A DNA stretch of 64,000 nt. It comes from Felis catus. Its lineage: Eukaryota. Positions 53,601 through 64,000 of this stretch are shown here, piece by piece (position 1 is the first letter of the stretch; each line of letters starts with the position of its first letter). The notes below the pieces were generated by a model, which saw nothing but the letters and a program-made list of their open reading frames with translations, ran no database searches and was not told where the DNA came from. The stretch spans positions 82,710,001-82,774,000 of the forward strand of contig NC_058368.1 of NCBI RefSeq assembly GCF_018350175.1. Direction: 5' to 3'. Both the position numbers and the translations under genes were made by a program.

Positions 53601-55818
53601 CCAGGGAGGACACGACTCAGGCTGGTGTTTGTACCAAGTGTGAAGGAACCTCATCTTGTATCGAATGCTGCAGGGACATCGTTGAAGGCACTTTGAGGAA
53701 GAATCTGTTCTTTTTTCATCTAGGACCCTTAGTAGACAGCCTGTCTCAGAGAAGTTTCTAACTTGAACTAGAATAACTTGAGCTAGAACACATAATGGAA
53801 TGTGTAGTCCACCCTCTGGCCTGGTATGTTAGAGATTTCCAGTTCCAAGTCAAGCATCTTTGGTCACAGTAAATTTTGAACTTTTTAGGTGTCTTGGTTT
53901 GCAGTGGGATGCTATTATCTCATGGTTGGTCATAAAAATGAACATGCCAGAAGATACCTCAGGTATGGATCTGTTGTCTTTCTCCCTCTGTAATGAGCCT
54001 ATAGTAAGGGATTTCTTGTTCATCCTTTTTAATACGATAATTAAGTACTTTAAAAGCAGTATGAAAGAATAATTTTTTTCAGATTCAGTTCAGTTGCATC
54101 AATTATGTACCTTTTTTTTTTTAATGTTTATTTATCTTAGAGTGAGAGAGAGTGCACACATGAGAGCAGGGGAGCGACAGAGAGAGAGTGAGAGAGAGAA
54201 TTCCAAGTAGGCTCTGCCCTGTCAGCACAGAGCCTGACGTGCGGCTCAAATTCACGAACTGTGAAATCGTGACCTGAGCCAAAATCAAGAGTCAGCTGCT
54301 TAATTGACTAAGCCACCCAGGTGCCCCAGTTACATACCTTTTAATAAGATGTCATGAGGGGATATAAAAGTCAGTGGTATAGACCTTATTCTCAAGGAAT
54401 TTACTATGTGTGTAAATTATAAGTGAGAAAAAACATGAAACAATAATAGACGTTTGGAAGGTCCTGTTTTTCATTTACAGAGATACTCGGCACCTTTTAA
54501 CTTTAGGACTTCTTTTGTTAATACTTGTGAAATTACATGAAACTACATGAGATTAGGGTCACTAAATGTGACTATAAAACAGAATTCTTGTCATAGTGAA
54601 CTGGTTTCTATAAGGATCTGCTGTGTGCAGCCCAGTCAAGCTACTTTATAAGTGTGATTTCAGCCACATGAACAAACTGGGAAAGTGGATCTAAGAAAAA
54701 GTGTGTAAACTTTGGACATAGATTTGAATTCTAATACAAGCCCTACCACTTGCTAGCTGTAATTCCTTGGGAAAGTTAATAACCTCTGACCCTCTCTTTT
54801 TTAAAAATGGGAATGATACAATACTTGTATCCCAGGATTGTTAGGAAAATTGGTAGGATGACTCATAAGGATCCTGCACTCGGAAAAACAGGGAGTTCTC
54901 TGGTCAGTTGAATGTTAAGCATTTTAGAAGAACTTGCTTGTGCTTTTTCCTGGAGTAGGCAGATGATTCAGATGTGATAATTCCTCTGAACTGTGCTTCT
55001 CTGATTTAGTGATGGACTCCATGTGAATCAAGGAACATTTGAGTGATAGAAAACTTAGAAAATAAAATGCTGGGAAATGGGCATCTCATCGTTTATATTT
55101 TCCTTGTTTTGTGGTGTGTTCTCTTTATTCTGGGTGTCCTGGGTCACCGGGTGTCTGCTGATTGAAGACTACTTATGACGGCTTAGACTGTGTGGTGCAG
55201 TCTGCAGGACCAGGGTGTTCTCCTGCTGCCGTCCACAGGGTGTCACTTAATCTTCCCAGCCTCAGTATACTGATGTTTAAAATACAAATAACGATTTATC
55301 TTGTAAGTTACTAGGTGATGCACATGAAGCATTTCACATGGAGTCTGGTGTAAAATATGCCCTCATTAAATGGTTGTTGCTACCACAATTACTGAAACAA
55401 AGCTCTTGGATTAAGTAATATTTGTAAATTCAGAGTGTATTTGTATTTGTAAATACAGAGTGCCAGTGGGTTCAACTATTGGACCTAAAAAGTTGTGGAC
55501 CTCTCTTAAAATGTCTTAAAATTTTGCTTGTACTATTAAACATTCTTTTATTTCAAATGAGATTAACAATTGTTATGTAAGTATTTAATATGTTAAGAGC
55601 TCATTTATTTAATTCCAATATCCTTGAAGCTATCAGCTTATATAAAATTAACAAGAATGAATCTCTCACTAGAATGACGTTTCTTGTTTCAGCAAAGCGA
55701 CAACACTTGAGAAGACTTACGGGCCTGCGTGGGTAGCGTACGGACACTCATTTGCAGTTGAGAGCGAGCATGACCAGGCCATGGCTGCTTACTTCACAGC
55801 CGCGCAGCTCATGAAAGG
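44197..55818 (+). CDS. CDC16: CDC16 / APC6 (anaphase-promoting complex TPR subunit), coding exons 1-12; 3' exons lie beyond the window
   Basis: Twelve exons with GT-AG boundaries join in frame (48+55+98+39+141+160+92+134+80+50+74+126 = 1097 nt). The product is MNLERLRKRVRQYLDQQQYQSALFWADKVASLSH...AMAAYFTAAQLMKG, recognised as mammalian CDC16. Confidence 0.98.
44717..44938 (+). mobile_element. Can-SINE in CDC16 intron 1
   Basis: complete SINE body and tail. Confidence 0.95.
45234..45288 (+). CDS. CDC16: CDC16 exon 2 QQYQSALFWADKVASLSH
   Basis: acceptor gatacag|, donor g|gtaagt. Confidence 0.96.
45391..45488 (+). CDS. CDC16: CDC16 exon 3 EEPQDIYWLAQCLYLTAQYHRAAHALRSRKLDK
   Basis: acceptor ttccttccag|, donor |gtaagt; phases match neighbouring exons. 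Confidence 0.97.
45547..45746 (+). mobile_element. Can-SINE in CDC16 intron 3
   Basis: SINE body and tail. Confidence 0.92.
46432..46470 (+). CDS. CDC16: CDC16 exon 4 LYEACRYLAARCH
   Basis: acceptor ttctctcctag|, donor |gtaagt. Confidence 0.96.
46812..46952 (+). CDS. CDC16: CDC16 exon 5 YAAKEHQQALDILDMEEPINKRLFEKYLKDESGLKDPSNDWEMSQSS
   Basis: acceptor caacacag|, donor |gtaagt. Confidence 0.97.
47649..47684. repeat. (ATT)12 microsatellite, CDC16 intron 5
   Basis: direct count. Confidence 0.97.
48456..48615 (+). CDS. CDC16: CDC16 exon 6 IKSSICLLRGKIYDALDNRALATYSYKEALKLDAYCFEAFDLLTSHHMLTAQE
   Basis: acceptor tttttccaacag|, donor g|gtttgg. Confidence 0.96.
48880..49020. mobile_element. MER5-type hAT DNA transposon relic
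   Basis: gaatctctggcagtggggccctggc...ttttaaagctctcagatgacc...ggctgagaacca. Confidence 0.65.
49126..49320. mobile_element. MER20-type DNA transposon relic
   Basis: tagttctca...ggcatctagtgggtggaggtcagagatcctgcta...cagtgctgaggctgggaaact. Confidence 0.75.
49566..49657 (+). CDS. CDC16: CDC16 exon 7 EKELLESLPLSKLCTEEQELLRFLFENKLKK
   Basis: acceptor atttttaag|, donor |gtgagt. Confidence 0.96.
49908..50358 (-). mobile_element. two tandem antisense SINEs in CDC16 intron 7: young SINEC_Fc-type (49908-50137) and Can-SINE (50143-50358)
   Basis: tgaactt occurs at all three junctions, consistent with sequential insertion at the same target. Confidence 0.95.
50577..50710 (+). CDS. CDC16: CDC16 exon 8 YNKPSETVLPESVDGLQENLDVVVSLAERHYYNCDFKMCYKLTSV
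   Basis: acceptor ctttctctgttgcag|, donor gt|gtaagt. Confidence 0.97.
51530..51609 (+). CDS. CDC16: CDC16 exon 9 VMEKDPFHANCLPVHIGTLVELNKAN
   Basis: acceptor gactttcag|, donor g|gtaatt. Confidence 0.96.
52659..52708 (+). CDS. CDC16: CDC16 exon 10 ELFYLSHKLVDLYPSNP
   Basis: long T tract then aatgtag|, donor |gtaagt. Confidence 0.96.
52830..53064 (-). mobile_element. Can-SINE in CDC16 intron 10
   Basis: TSD aaataatgtttattt. Confidence 0.94.
53889..53962 (+). CDS. CDC16: CDC16 exon 11 VSWFAVGCYYLMVGHKNEHARRYLS
   Basis: acceptor ctttttag|, donor ag|gtatgg. Confidence 0.96.
54112..54327 (-). mobile_element. Can-SINE in CDC16 intron 11
   Basis: reverse-complement SINE. Confidence 0.92.
55693..55818 (+). 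CDS. CDC16: CDC16 exon 12 KATTLEKTYGPAWVAYGHSFAVESEHDQAMAAYFTAAQLMKG
   Basis: acceptor ttcttgtttcag|, donor gg|gtacgg. Confidence 0.96.
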
Positions 55819-56182
55819 GTACGGCAGAATGCGTGGTGAAATCCATGAAGGGCTGCTCTTGCTAACAGAATGACGATTCTGTTATTACTGTCATTGCCAT
55901 TTGGTTGCTGAACTAAACAAAAATATCTTATTTGTATCTTGTTAGTAGCTTATGATTGAACATGGAGGGAAAGAGGCTGGTGTAGTGGTTTTGACCTAGC
56001 AGGTCACTTTCACCAGTACAGAATGGCACTAGGAAATTAAGCTGAGGGAAGAGAGGAGAGTTAGAGGCTCCTTCTCATGCAGGAATGAAAGTATTCGTGA
56101 GCAAATATGTTATCTGTATCCTATTTATGTCCAAAAGGTATTTGATGTAGGTTTTGTGGACTGTATTTGACAGCGTTCTTGA

Positions 56183-56395
56183 TTTTATTTACTTACTTTT
56201 TATTGATTTTTATGAGAGAAAGCATGCGCGTGTGCGCATGAACCAGGGAGGGACGGGCAGAGAGAGAATCCCAAGCAGGCTCTGTGCTGTCATTGCAGAA
56301 GTTGATGCGGGGTTCCATCTCATGACTATGAGATCATGACCTGAGCCTAAATCAGGAGTCAAGACACTTAACCAACTGAGCCACCCAGGTACCCC
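56183..56395 (-). mobile_element. Can-SINE in CDC16 intron 12
   Basis: reverse-complement SINE. Confidence 0.9.
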
Positions 56396-57198
56396 TCCAG
56401 TGTTCTAGATTTATATCAATATTAAGAGTATTGATATTAAGTGATATAAGTGCACCCTAAGAGTATCTTACTTTGTGGTGGGGCGTCAACTCTCCTGTCA
56501 ACTCTCTTTGGACTTGCCTAACACTTGTCCTAGCCCTACCACGTGGTGTTCTTTTGTGTGGGCTGTGTCCATTTCTGGAGAGGTAGTAGGAGTGCAGTAG
56601 TTCCAAGGGCTGGTCTGGAGTCAGACTCCTGGGGGTCTCAGCCAAGTATGTACCCTCTTGAAAAATAGGGAGAATTGCAGTACTTATTCCTGGGAATAAT
56701 TGAGACAATACCAGTTAAAGACTTGGAACAATGTCTGACATGCAGAAAGCAGTCAGTAAAAGTTAGCTGCCTTAATTTCTTTGCTTATAGTATTCAGAAG
56801 TGGGATCATATATTTATCTGCATTGAACGTCATCTCGTTAGGTTTGATTTACCTTTTCTATTTCCTTACAAGCATTCTAAGTGTAGTCACTGGGGTAGGG
56901 CTTTATATATGAATTTGGTCAGGGTGAGGATATATAATTCAGGCCTAATACCAACGTATTATTAGAAATAGTTCTCCAGGTTAAAATGGTTTCAGCAGTT
57001 ACCCACCTGAATGGTCCTCAGTACCAATCATGGAGAGTCCATGATTCTCCAGCTTATCCACTGTGATGTGTGAGACCTTTCTTTCCCAGTGTTTTGCTAA
57101 AACTTGGCTCCCGTGTCTACCAAGACCTCTAATCTATCAATCTGGTCAATTGGCAGGAAAAAAAGTCTCTGCAATTTACCTTGGGTTGTTTCTTACTA

Positions 57199-57409
57199 TT
57201 TTTTTTAACATTTATTTATTTTTGAGACAATGCGAAAGACACAGTGCAAGCAGTGGAGGGGCAGACAGAGGGAGACACAGAATCTGAAGCGGGCTCCAGG
57301 CTCTGAGCTGTCAGCCCAGAGCCCGACGCGGGGCTCGAACTCACAAACCGTGAGGTCGTGACCTGAGCCGAAGTCGGATGCCCAACCAACTGAGCCACCC
57401 AGGTGCCCC
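57199..57409 (-). mobile_element. Can-SINE in CDC16 intron 12
   Basis: perfect TSD cttgggttgtttctta at 57180-57195 and 57410-57425. Confidence 0.95.
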
Positions 57410-57689
57410 CTTGGGTTGTTTCTTATGAACACAGGCTAGAGTGTGCTTTTTAATTTTATTTATTTTATTTATTTATTTTTTCTGGGTGCTCACAAACCCA
57501 GAATAGTTATTATTTGTCAGTTTCTACCTAACAATCAAAACTAATTACAAAATTTTCCAATGTAACAAACTACATTCAAGTAAATTTTCAAATCCGCTCA
57601 CCAAGATAAGCATTATTCTTTTCATTTCTTCCCCATCAGAACAACTTTGCATTCTCTTAACTTCCCTGTGTTTGGATAAATGTTTGAAA

Positions 57690-59570
57690 TTGTGTAAATA
57701 CTTTAAGTGTTCCTTTATGATTTCTTCTTTGAGCCACTGGTTATGTAAGAATATGTTGTTTAATTCTCACATATTTGTGAATTTCCCAAATTTCCTTCTG
57801 TTAGGATTTCTGATTGAATTCCATTGTGGTTAGAGAGCATATTTTATGTATCTCAGTCCTTTCAAATTTATTGAGGCTTGTTTTATGACCTCACATGGTC
57901 TATTGGAGAATGTTCTAGGTGCCCTTGAGAATCTGCTTTTTTGGGGTGATTGTTGTACTGCAGTCCCTTGGGTCTGATTGGGTTCTAGTGTTGGTCATGT
58001 CTTCTGTTTCCTTGTTTATCTTTTGCCTAGTTATTTTATCCATTGTGGCAGGTGAGCTGTTGAAACCTCCCAACTATTATTTTTGAATTTTGTCTTTTTC
58101 CCTCCAATTCTGGCAGATTTTGCTACATGTATTTTGGGTCTCTATTGTTAGGTTTTGAGTGCAGTGAGTCTTTCACTATTATAGGAGGTCTTTCATTGTC
58201 TCCAGTAACAGCTTTTGTCTTAAGTCTATTTTGTCTGATACTAGTATAATCACACCAGTTCTCCCTTGTTACTGTTTGCATGGTCTTTTTCCATCCTTTT
58301 ACTTTTAACTTGTGTCTTCAAATCTAAAGTAGGTCTCTTATAGACAATATGTAGTTGGATCATTGTTTTATTATTCATTCTGCCAATTTCTTTCTGATGG
58401 AATTTTATGTGTTACTGTGTTATGTAATTACTGGTAAGTAGGATTTATGTTTACCATTTGCTCTGTTTTTATGTCTTTTTTGTTCTTCCTTGTTATTGCC
58501 TTTTTTGTTAGATATTTTGTAATATACCATTTTAATTCCTTGGTTTTTCCTTATACTATATTTTTTGAGCCTTTTGTTTTGGTTTGGGTTTTTAGTGGTT
58601 ATCTTGGGGATTACAGTTAACATCTTAGAAGAATCTAGTTTGTAGGGTGCTTTCCAGCACCAACAACCAATTCTCTGATTATCTGGACACTAGCTGGGTC
58701 CAGTTCTGACTGGTCAGTTCAGTTCTGACACTACCCGGATTTAGTACAGACCCTTCACAGGTTAAGCACTCAGTCCCATAAGACTGCTGCTCCCCACTTC
58801 AGACGCCAGTGGTAAGTCCCAGACCACTTTCACTTCTGACTGGCTAGAAATCGAGGCTTCCCATGACCCTCTCCTGACATTTGGTGATTTGCAGAATGAC
58901 CCACAGAATTCAGGAAGGCATTTTACTTAATTCTTCTGGCTTGTTATAAAGGGTATACTCCAGAATAGCCAGACAGAAGGTATCCACACCCTCTGCAGGC
59001 AAGCCACTCTCCTGGCAGTGCACTGTGTTCAGCAGCCCAGATACTCAGTCTCTTTGTTCGCAAGTTTTTATGGAGCTCAATTTCCGGCCCTTCCCTTCAT
59101 GGGAAGTCAGTTGGAACTTTTGTTCCCACCCTCTTATCACTTGGTCCTCCTGGTGACCAGCCCCTTACAAGGCTGTTTTGGGGCCCTACCCTGAGTCACC
59201 TTCATTAGTATAAACTCAGGTGTGATCAAAAGGGGTCACTGTGAATACCAAAGAGACTCCTGTCACTAAGGGAATTGCAAGGGTTTTTAGGTGCTCCGTA
59301 TCAAGAACCAAGGAGAAGACCAAATACATTTCTTACTTTACCACTGCAACTTAATTCCAGTTGTATAAAATTTTACTCTTCTGCAGTTCTGTTTCTTTCT
59401 GCCTCCTTTGTGCTCTTATCACACAGATTACATGTTACACATTGTAAGCCCCCAACACAAATTTATGATTGTTCTATTACTCAGTTATCTGTTAAATCAG
59501 GTAGAAGAATTGCAAACAAAATATATTTGTACTGTCTTGTGTTTACCTAGGTGGTAACTTTTATTAAATT
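57690..59570 (-). mobile_element. old L1M (ORF2 endonuclease and inter-ORF region), antisense to CDC16; continues at ~63770-64000
   Basis: reverse-complement L1 EN motifs (ttccattgtggttagagag, cctccaactattat, tctcttatagacaatatgtagttggatc). Confidence 0.8.
58641..59344 (-). mobile_element. MER21-like ERVL LTR inserted in the old L1
   Basis: accaacaaccaattctc...cagttctgacactacc...gaagaccaaatacatttctta motifs. Confidence 0.7.
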
Positions 59571-59582
59571 ACTTAAAAAAAA

Positions 59583-62500
59583 TTTTTTTTTAATTTACAT
59601 CCGAGTTAGCTAGCATATAGTGCAACAGTGGTTTCAGGAGTAGATTCCTTAATGCCCCTTACCCATTTAGCCCATCCCCCCCTCCCACAACCCCTCCAGT
59701 ACCCTTTGTTTGTTCTCCATATTTAAGAGTCTCTTCTGTTTTGTCCCCCTCCCTGTTTTTATATTATTTTTGTTTCCCTTCCCTTGTGTTCATCTGTTCT
59801 GTGCCTTAAAGTCTCATATGAGTGAAGTCATATGATATTTGTCTTTCTCTGACTGACTAATTTCATTTAGCATAATACCCTCTAGTTCCATCCACGTAGT
59901 TGCAAATGGCAAGATTTCATTCTTTTTGATTGCTGAGTAATACTCCACTGTATATGGAAACCACTTCTTTATCCATTCATCCATCGATGGACATTTGAGC
60001 TCTTTCCATACTTTGGCTATTGTTGATAGTGCTGCTACAGATATTGGGGTGCATGTGTCCCTTCGAAACAGCATACCTGAATCCCTTGGATAAATACCTA
60101 GTAGTGCAATTGCTGGGTCGTAGGGTAGTTCTATTTTTAATTTTTTGAGGAAGCTGCATACTGTTTTCCAGAGTGGCAGCACCAGTTTGCATTCCCACCA
60201 GCACTGCAAAAGAGATCCTCTGTCTCTGCATCCTCGCCAACATCTGTTGTTGCCTGAGTTGTTAATGTAAGCCGAATATTCTGACAGGTGTGGTTTTGAT
60301 TTGTATTTCCTTGATGATGAGTGATGTTGAGCATTTTTTCATGTGTTGGTTGGCCATCTGGATGTCTTCTTTGGAGAAGTGTCTATTCATGTCTTCTACC
60401 CGTTTCTTTACTGGATTATTTGTTATTTGGGTGTTGAGTTTGATGACTTCTTTATGGATTTTGGGTACTAACCCATTATCTGATACGTCGTTTGCAAATA
60501 TCTTCTCCCAGTCTGATGGTGGCCTTTTAGTTTTGCTGATTGTTTCCTTCATTGTGCAGAAGCTTTTTATTTTGATGAGGTCCCAATAATTCATTTTTGC
60601 TTTGCCCTTGCCTCTGGAGACGTGTTGAGTAAGAAGTTGCTATGGCTGAGGTCAGAGAGGTTTTTGCCTGCTTTCTCCTCGAGGATTTTGATGGTTTTCT
60701 GTCTCACATTTAGGACTTTCATCCATTTTGAGTTTATTTTTGTGTCTGGTGTAAGAAAGTGGTCCAGGCTCATTTTTCTGCATGTTGCTGTCCAGTTTTC
60801 CCAGCACCACTGGCTCAAGAGACTGTCTTTATTCCATTGGATATTTTCTCCTGCTTTGTCAAAGATTAGTTGGCCATACGTTTGTGGGTCCATTTCTGGG
60901 TTCTCTGTTCTGTTCCATTGATCTGAGTGTCTGTTTTTGTGTCAGTACTGTACTGTCTTCATAATGACAGCTTTGTAATACAGCTTGAGGTCTGGGATTG
61001 TGATGCCCCTTGCTTTGGTTTTCAAGATTGCTTTGGCTATTCAGAGTCTTTTTTGGTTCCATACACATGTTAGGATTGTTTGTTCTAGCTCTGTGAAGAA
61101 TGCTGGTGTTATTTTGATAGGGATTGCACTGAACATGTAGATTGCTTTGGGGATTATCGACATTTTTAACAATATTTGTTCTTCCTATCCAGGAGGAGTC
61201 TTTTTCCATTTTTTTGTGTCTTCTTCAACTTCTTTCATAAGCTTTCTATAGTTTTCAGTGTATAGATTTTTCACCTCTTTTGTTGGATTTATTCCTAGGT
61301 ATTTTATGGTTTTTGATACAATTGTAAATGGGATCGATTCCTTGATTTCTCTTTCTGTTGCTTCGTTGTTGGTGTGTAGGAATGCAACCAATTTCTGTGC
61401 GTTGATTTTAGATCCTGCCACTTTGCTGAATTCATGGTTCATTTCTAGCAGTTTTTTGGTGGAATCATTTGGGTTTTCCATGTAGAGTATCATGTCATCT
61501 GTGAAGAGTGAAAGTTTGACCTCCTCCTGGCCAATTTGGATGCCTTTTATTTCTTTGTGTTGTCTGATTGCAGAGGCTAAGACTTCTAATACTATGTTGA
61601 ATAACAGTGGAGAGAGTGGACATCCCTGTCTTGTTCCTGACCTTAGGGGGAAAGCTCTCAGTTTTTCCCCATTGAGGATGATATTAGCATTGGGTCGTTC
61701 ATATATGGCTTTTATGATCTCGAGGTATGATCCTTTTATCCCTACTTTCTTGAGGGTTTTTATCAAGAAAGGATGCTGTATTTTGTCAAATGCTTTCTCT
61801 GCATCTGTTGAGAGGATCATATGGTTCTTGTCCTTTCTTTTATTGATGGGATGAATCACATTAATTGTTTTGCGGATATTGAACCAGCCCTGCATCCCAG
61901 GTGTAAATCCCACTTGGTTGTGGTCAATGATTTTGTTAATGTATTATTGGATCCCGTTGGCTAATATCTTGTTGAGGATTTTTGCATCCATGTTCATCAG
62001 GGAAATTGGGCTATAGTTCTCCTTTTCAGTCAGGTCTCTGTCTGGTTTTGGAATCAAGGTAATGCTGGCTTCATAGAGTTTGGAAGTTTTCCTTCCATTT
62101 CTATTTTTTGGAACAGCTTCAAGAGAATAGGTGTTAACTCTTTCTTAAATGTTTGGTAGAATTCCCCTGGAAAGCCATCTGGCCCTGGACTCTTGGGTTT
62201 TTGGGAGGAGATTTTTGGTTACTAATTCGATTTCTTTACTGGTTGTGGGTCTGTTCAAATTTTCTATTTCTTCCTTTTTCAGTTTTGGTAGTGTATATGT
62301 TTCTAGGAATTTGTCCATTTCTTCCAGATTACCCATTTTATTGGCATATAGTTGCTCCTAATAGTCTCTTATTATTGTTTTTATTTCTGCTTGGTGGTTG
62401 TGATCTCTCCTCTTTTATTCTTGATTTTATTTATTTGGGTCCTTTCCTTTTTCTTCTGGATCAAAGTGGCTAGTGGTTTATCAGTTTTGTTAAGTCTTTC

Positions 62501-63576
62501 AAAGAACAAGCTTCTGGTTTCATTGATCTGTTCTACTGTTTTTTGGTTTCGATAGCATTAATTTCTGCTCTAATCTTTATTATTTCCTGTCTTCTGCTGG
62601 TTTTGGGTTTTATTTGCTGTTCTTTTTCCAGCTCCTTAAGGCGTAAGGTTAGGTTGTGTATCTGAGATCTTTCTTCCTTCTTTAGGAAGGCTTGGATTGC
62701 TATATGCTTTCCTCTTATGACTGCCTTTGCTGCGTCCCAGAGGTTTTGGGTTGTGGTGTTATGATTTTCATTGACTTCCATATACTTTTTAATTTTCTCT
62801 TTAACTGCTTGGTTAGCCCATTCATTCTTTAGTAGGATGTTCTTCAGTCTCCAAGTATTTGTTACCTTTCCAAATTTTTTCTTGTGGTTGATTTCAACTT
62901 TCATAGCGTTATGGTCTGAAAATATGCACGGTATGATCTCAGTCTTTTTGTACTTACTTAAGGCTGATTTGTGTCCCAGTATATGGTCTATCCTGGAGAA
63001 CGTTCCATGTGCACTGAAGAAGAATGTATATTCTGCTGCTTTAGGATGAAGTGTTCTGAATATATCTGTTAAGTCCATCTGGTCCAGTGTGTCATTCAAA
63101 GCCATTGTTTCCTTGTTGATTTTCTGATTAGATGATCTGTCCATTGCTGTAAGTGGGGTGTTGAAGTCCCCTACTATTACTGTATTACTATCAATGAGTT
63201 TATGTTTGTGATTAATTGACATATATTTTGGGGGGTTTCACATTTGGAGCATAAATGTTTACAATTGTTAGGTCTTTTTGATGTTTAGACCCCTTAATTA
63301 TGATATAATGCCCTTCTGCATCTCTTATTACAGTCTTTATTTTAAAGTCTAGATTGTCTGATATAAGTATGGCTACTCTGGCTTTCTTTTGTTGACAATT
63401 AGCATGATAGATGGTTCTCCACCCCCTTACTTTCAATCTGAAGGTGTCTTTGCATCTAAAGTGGGTCTCTTGTAAGCAGCATATAGATGGATCTTGTTTT
63501 CTTATCCATTTTGTTATCCTATGTCTTTTGATTGGAGCATTGAGTCCATTGACGTTTAGAGTGAGTATTGAAAGAT
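59583..63576 (-). mobile_element. carnivore L1 (nearly whole disrupted ORF2 + 3'UTR), antisense in CDC16 intron 12; same subfamily as 35922-40216
   Basis: ORF2 fragments 62533-63222 (EN), 61185-61913 ([11 protein letters not shown]), 59814-60893; T-rich tail at 59583. Confidence 0.97.
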
Positions 63577-63766
63577 TAAAAAAAATTTTCTTTTAATGTT
63601 TATTTATTTTTGAGAGAGAGAGAGCGCGAGTGAGTCACGGAGGGGCAGAGAGAGAGAGGGGGACACAGAATCCGAAGCAGCTCCAGGCTCTGAGCTGTCA
63701 GCACAGAGCCAGACATGGGGCTCAAACCCACAAACCGGTAGACCATGACCTGAGCTGAAGTCAGAC
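63577..63766 (-). mobile_element. Can-SINE, 5' head missing, abutting the 5' end of the L1
   Basis: reverse-complement SINE body that stops at tgagctgaagtcaga. Confidence 0.9.
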
Positions 63767-64000
63767 TGAAGTCTTCTAAATTCCTTTTTTTAATGTATAG
63801 TCTTCTTTCATTTCAGCGTGAGGGACACCCTTCAGTGTCTCTTGTCTTCAACAATATTTCTCAGTTTTTTGTTTCTCTGAGAAATGTTTAATTTCACCCT
63901 CATTTTCAAGAGTAGTTTTATTGGGTATGAAATTCTTGGTTGGTGCTCTGTTTCTTTCAGCACCTTGAATGTCCTCCCTCCACCTTTCCTGGTGTCCAGG

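Overview
Eukaryotic (mammalian, felid-type) genomic DNA, not prokaryotic. The Can-SINE/SINEC_Fc-type SINEs and carnivore L1s point to a cat-family genome. The right third holds the CpG-island promoter and coding exons 1-12 of CDC16 (APC6, a TPR subunit of the APC/C) on the + strand. The exons join in frame (1097 nt of CDS, all GT-AG introns) and the gene runs off the window. The left part holds internal exons of a CFAP97D2-like gene (+), which matches the CFAP97D2-CDC16 order I recall for human 13q34. Those exons appear frameshifted or decaying. The rest is dense, often nested L1, SINE, LTR, MIR and MER sequence. Most striking observation: two inverted ~4 kb L1 copies (35.9-40.2 kb, + and 59.6-63.6 kb, -) bracket the CDC16 promoter and exons 1-12. 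They share a ~0.9 kb ~99%-identical tract carrying the same inactivating mutations, while their 3' ends are much more diverged. This is the signature of ectopic gene conversion, or of an assembly artefact. I found no evidence of a wholly new gene system. Almost all entries in the ORF track are repeat-derived or spurious.
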